From: Nitrososphaerota archaeon
Lineage (GTDB): Archaea; Thermoproteota; Nitrososphaeria; Nitrososphaerales; UBA57
Assembly (NCBI GenBank): GCA_024860875.1
Contig: JACPSZ010000015.1
Location: 142,650-174,649, forward strand
Length of the DNA stretch: 32,000 bases
Direction of reading: 5' to 3'
Shown: piece after piece, positions 31,024-32,000 of the stretch
How positions within the stretch are numbered: position 1 is the first letter of the stretch
Layout: each line of letters begins with the position of its first letter
The notes under the pieces: generated by a model
What the model saw: the letters and a program-made list of their open reading frames with translations, nothing else
Database searches by the model: none
What the model was told of the DNA's origin: nothing
Program-made: the position numbers and the translations under genes

Positions 31024-32000
31024 AGTTCAAAGCCTGACAAGTTCAAAGGATGAAATTCGAGTGATTCTCCTGCCTTGGGTTCCGAATCAGACGGTACAAT
31101 CGAATAGGCATTTGCAGAAACCAAGCTGGAGAGGAGATTAGTGTCTAGACCCAATGGCGTTGCAATTTGCTGACCATCAATATTCTTTATCTGGACAAGG
31201 AGAAAACGATCCATGCCTGCTTTCATCTTGACATCCTCCGCAAGTACTGCACTAACAGCCTTCATCTGTTTTGACATATTTTGCATGTGTTGCAAAATTG
31301 GCACCACGATCGTGAAGAAGCCTGCAAGTGCAGTTACTATATGCCCTGCTAACATGACGACAGGTTTTTCCCTAACCATCATCAGCCCGTTTACCTTGCC
31401 AGGAGACATACGCATCCCGTGAAACATCTCCTTCGCCCCTAAGTTCAGAATAGCGTTTGGAACCAAGTCCCTCTTGCCGACTGAGGTGCCCCCAAGTGTA
31501 ATTACCATATCGCACTTTTGAATAGCGTCTCTAAGCTTAGCGCTTATCTTCTCGGTTTCGTCGGGACAGACTCCGAGGTTAACCGTTTCTGCTTCAAATT
31601 CACGTAAAAACCCAAGCAGCACATACGCATGGTCATTTACTAGGCACCCTTTCGTAGGATTTCGGGCATCGGTAAGTTCACTCCCAACCGATAATACTCC
31701 TGCTACAGGTCTTTTTAGAACCTTAACCTTGATGTGTCCCGTTGCAAGAAGTGCTGCTATATCCTGAGGTCTAAGTTTATGGTAAGAGGAAAAAAGTTTG
31801 GTTCCAACCTTGAAATCTTCCCCTGTATATGATATGTTCTTCCCGTGAGCTATGGGAGACGACAGTTTGATTGTACCGTTCTGTTTCTCTACCAGTTCAG
31901 CCTTAACAACACAGTCTGCGGCCTGAGGTATGCGGGAACCGCATGAAACATAAAAGGTCTGATCAGGCTTGATTCTGTTTTCAGAAGCGTCGTCTGGAAA
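31020..32000 (-). CDS. moeA: Molybdopterin molybdenumtransferase MoeA (5'-truncated by the right window edge)
   Basis: The motifs MVITLGGTSVGKRDLV and RPVAGVLSVGSELTD are present, along with a C-terminal domain IV. The frame stays open from 31622 to position 32000 (…VGTKLFSSYHKLRPQDIAALLATGHIKVKVLKRPVAGVLSVGSELTDARNPTKGCLVNDHAYV-LLGFLREF…). The Met in the ORF track at 31622 is therefore internal. Confidence 0.9.
   Translation of the reverse strand, partial: FPDDASENRIKPDQTFYVSCGSRIPQAADCVVKAELVEKQNGTIKLSSPIAHGKNISYTGEDFKVGTKLFSSYHKLRPQDIAALLATGHIKVKVLKRPVAGVLSVGSELTDARNPTKGCLVNDHAYVLLGFLREFEAETVNLGVCPDETEKISAKLRDAIQKCDMVITLGGTSVGKRDLVPNAILNLGAKEMFHGMRMSPGKVNGLMMVREKPVVMLAGHIVTALAGFFTIVVPILQHMQNMSKQMKAVSAVLAEDVKMKAGMDRFLLVQIKNIDGQQIATPLGLDTNLLSSLVSANAYSIVPSDSEPKAGESLEFHPLNLSGFEL

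Noticed and set aside
1-32000. Scan for CRISPR arrays, rRNA genes and canonical tRNA genes (GGTTCGAATCC-type T-arms on both strands)
   Set aside because: I saw no regularly spaced 25-40-nt repeats and no rRNA-like segments. The only TTCGAATCC occurrence (about 25434-25442) lies inside the MCO coding sequence with no cloverleaf context.

Overview
This 32-kb window reads as a chromosome segment that is most likely archaeal. AT-rich or palindromic TATA-like boxes sit about 25-31 nt upstream of several start codons. MoaA has an archaeal-style CxxxCxxCHKEG cluster, and a cupin-type PGI is present. TTG and GTG starts are frequent. There are four blocks. (1) 0.3-6.5 kb is an accessory island. It holds an RHH regulator, a tyrosine integrase, an AbrB-like regulator, a stand-alone Cas4/RecB-like PD-(D/E)xK nuclease with a 4-Cys signature, a 2-TM protein, and a tightly packed three-gene operon whose products I cannot assign to any family. 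About 1.2 kb of low-coding DNA follows. This island is my best candidate for an undescribed system. (2) 6.6-23.3 kb is an unusually complete alpha-glucan/glycogen supercluster: a small conserved protein, cupin PGI, sugar-1-P nucleotidyltransferase, GH13 GlgB, GH57, GH77 MalQ, a short GT35 phosphorylase, a GT4 synthase with an N-domain-only GT4 paralogue and a small wHTH, PGK, and PGM/PMM. It also contains a malQ 5' duplication scar and two long non-coding gaps. (3) 23.7-25.1 kb holds decayed genes: a PQQ-propeller surface protein with 24-nt tandem repeats and a frameshifted orphan Doc toxin. (4) 25.3-32 kb holds a membrane-fused two-domain multicopper oxidase, an alpha/beta hydrolase, a MoeA C-terminal remnant, and a TauE-MoaA-CMD-MobB-MoeA operon, with MoeA running off the right edge. 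I found no rRNA, tRNA or CRISPR array. All family calls come from motif recognition by eye; no database search was possible.
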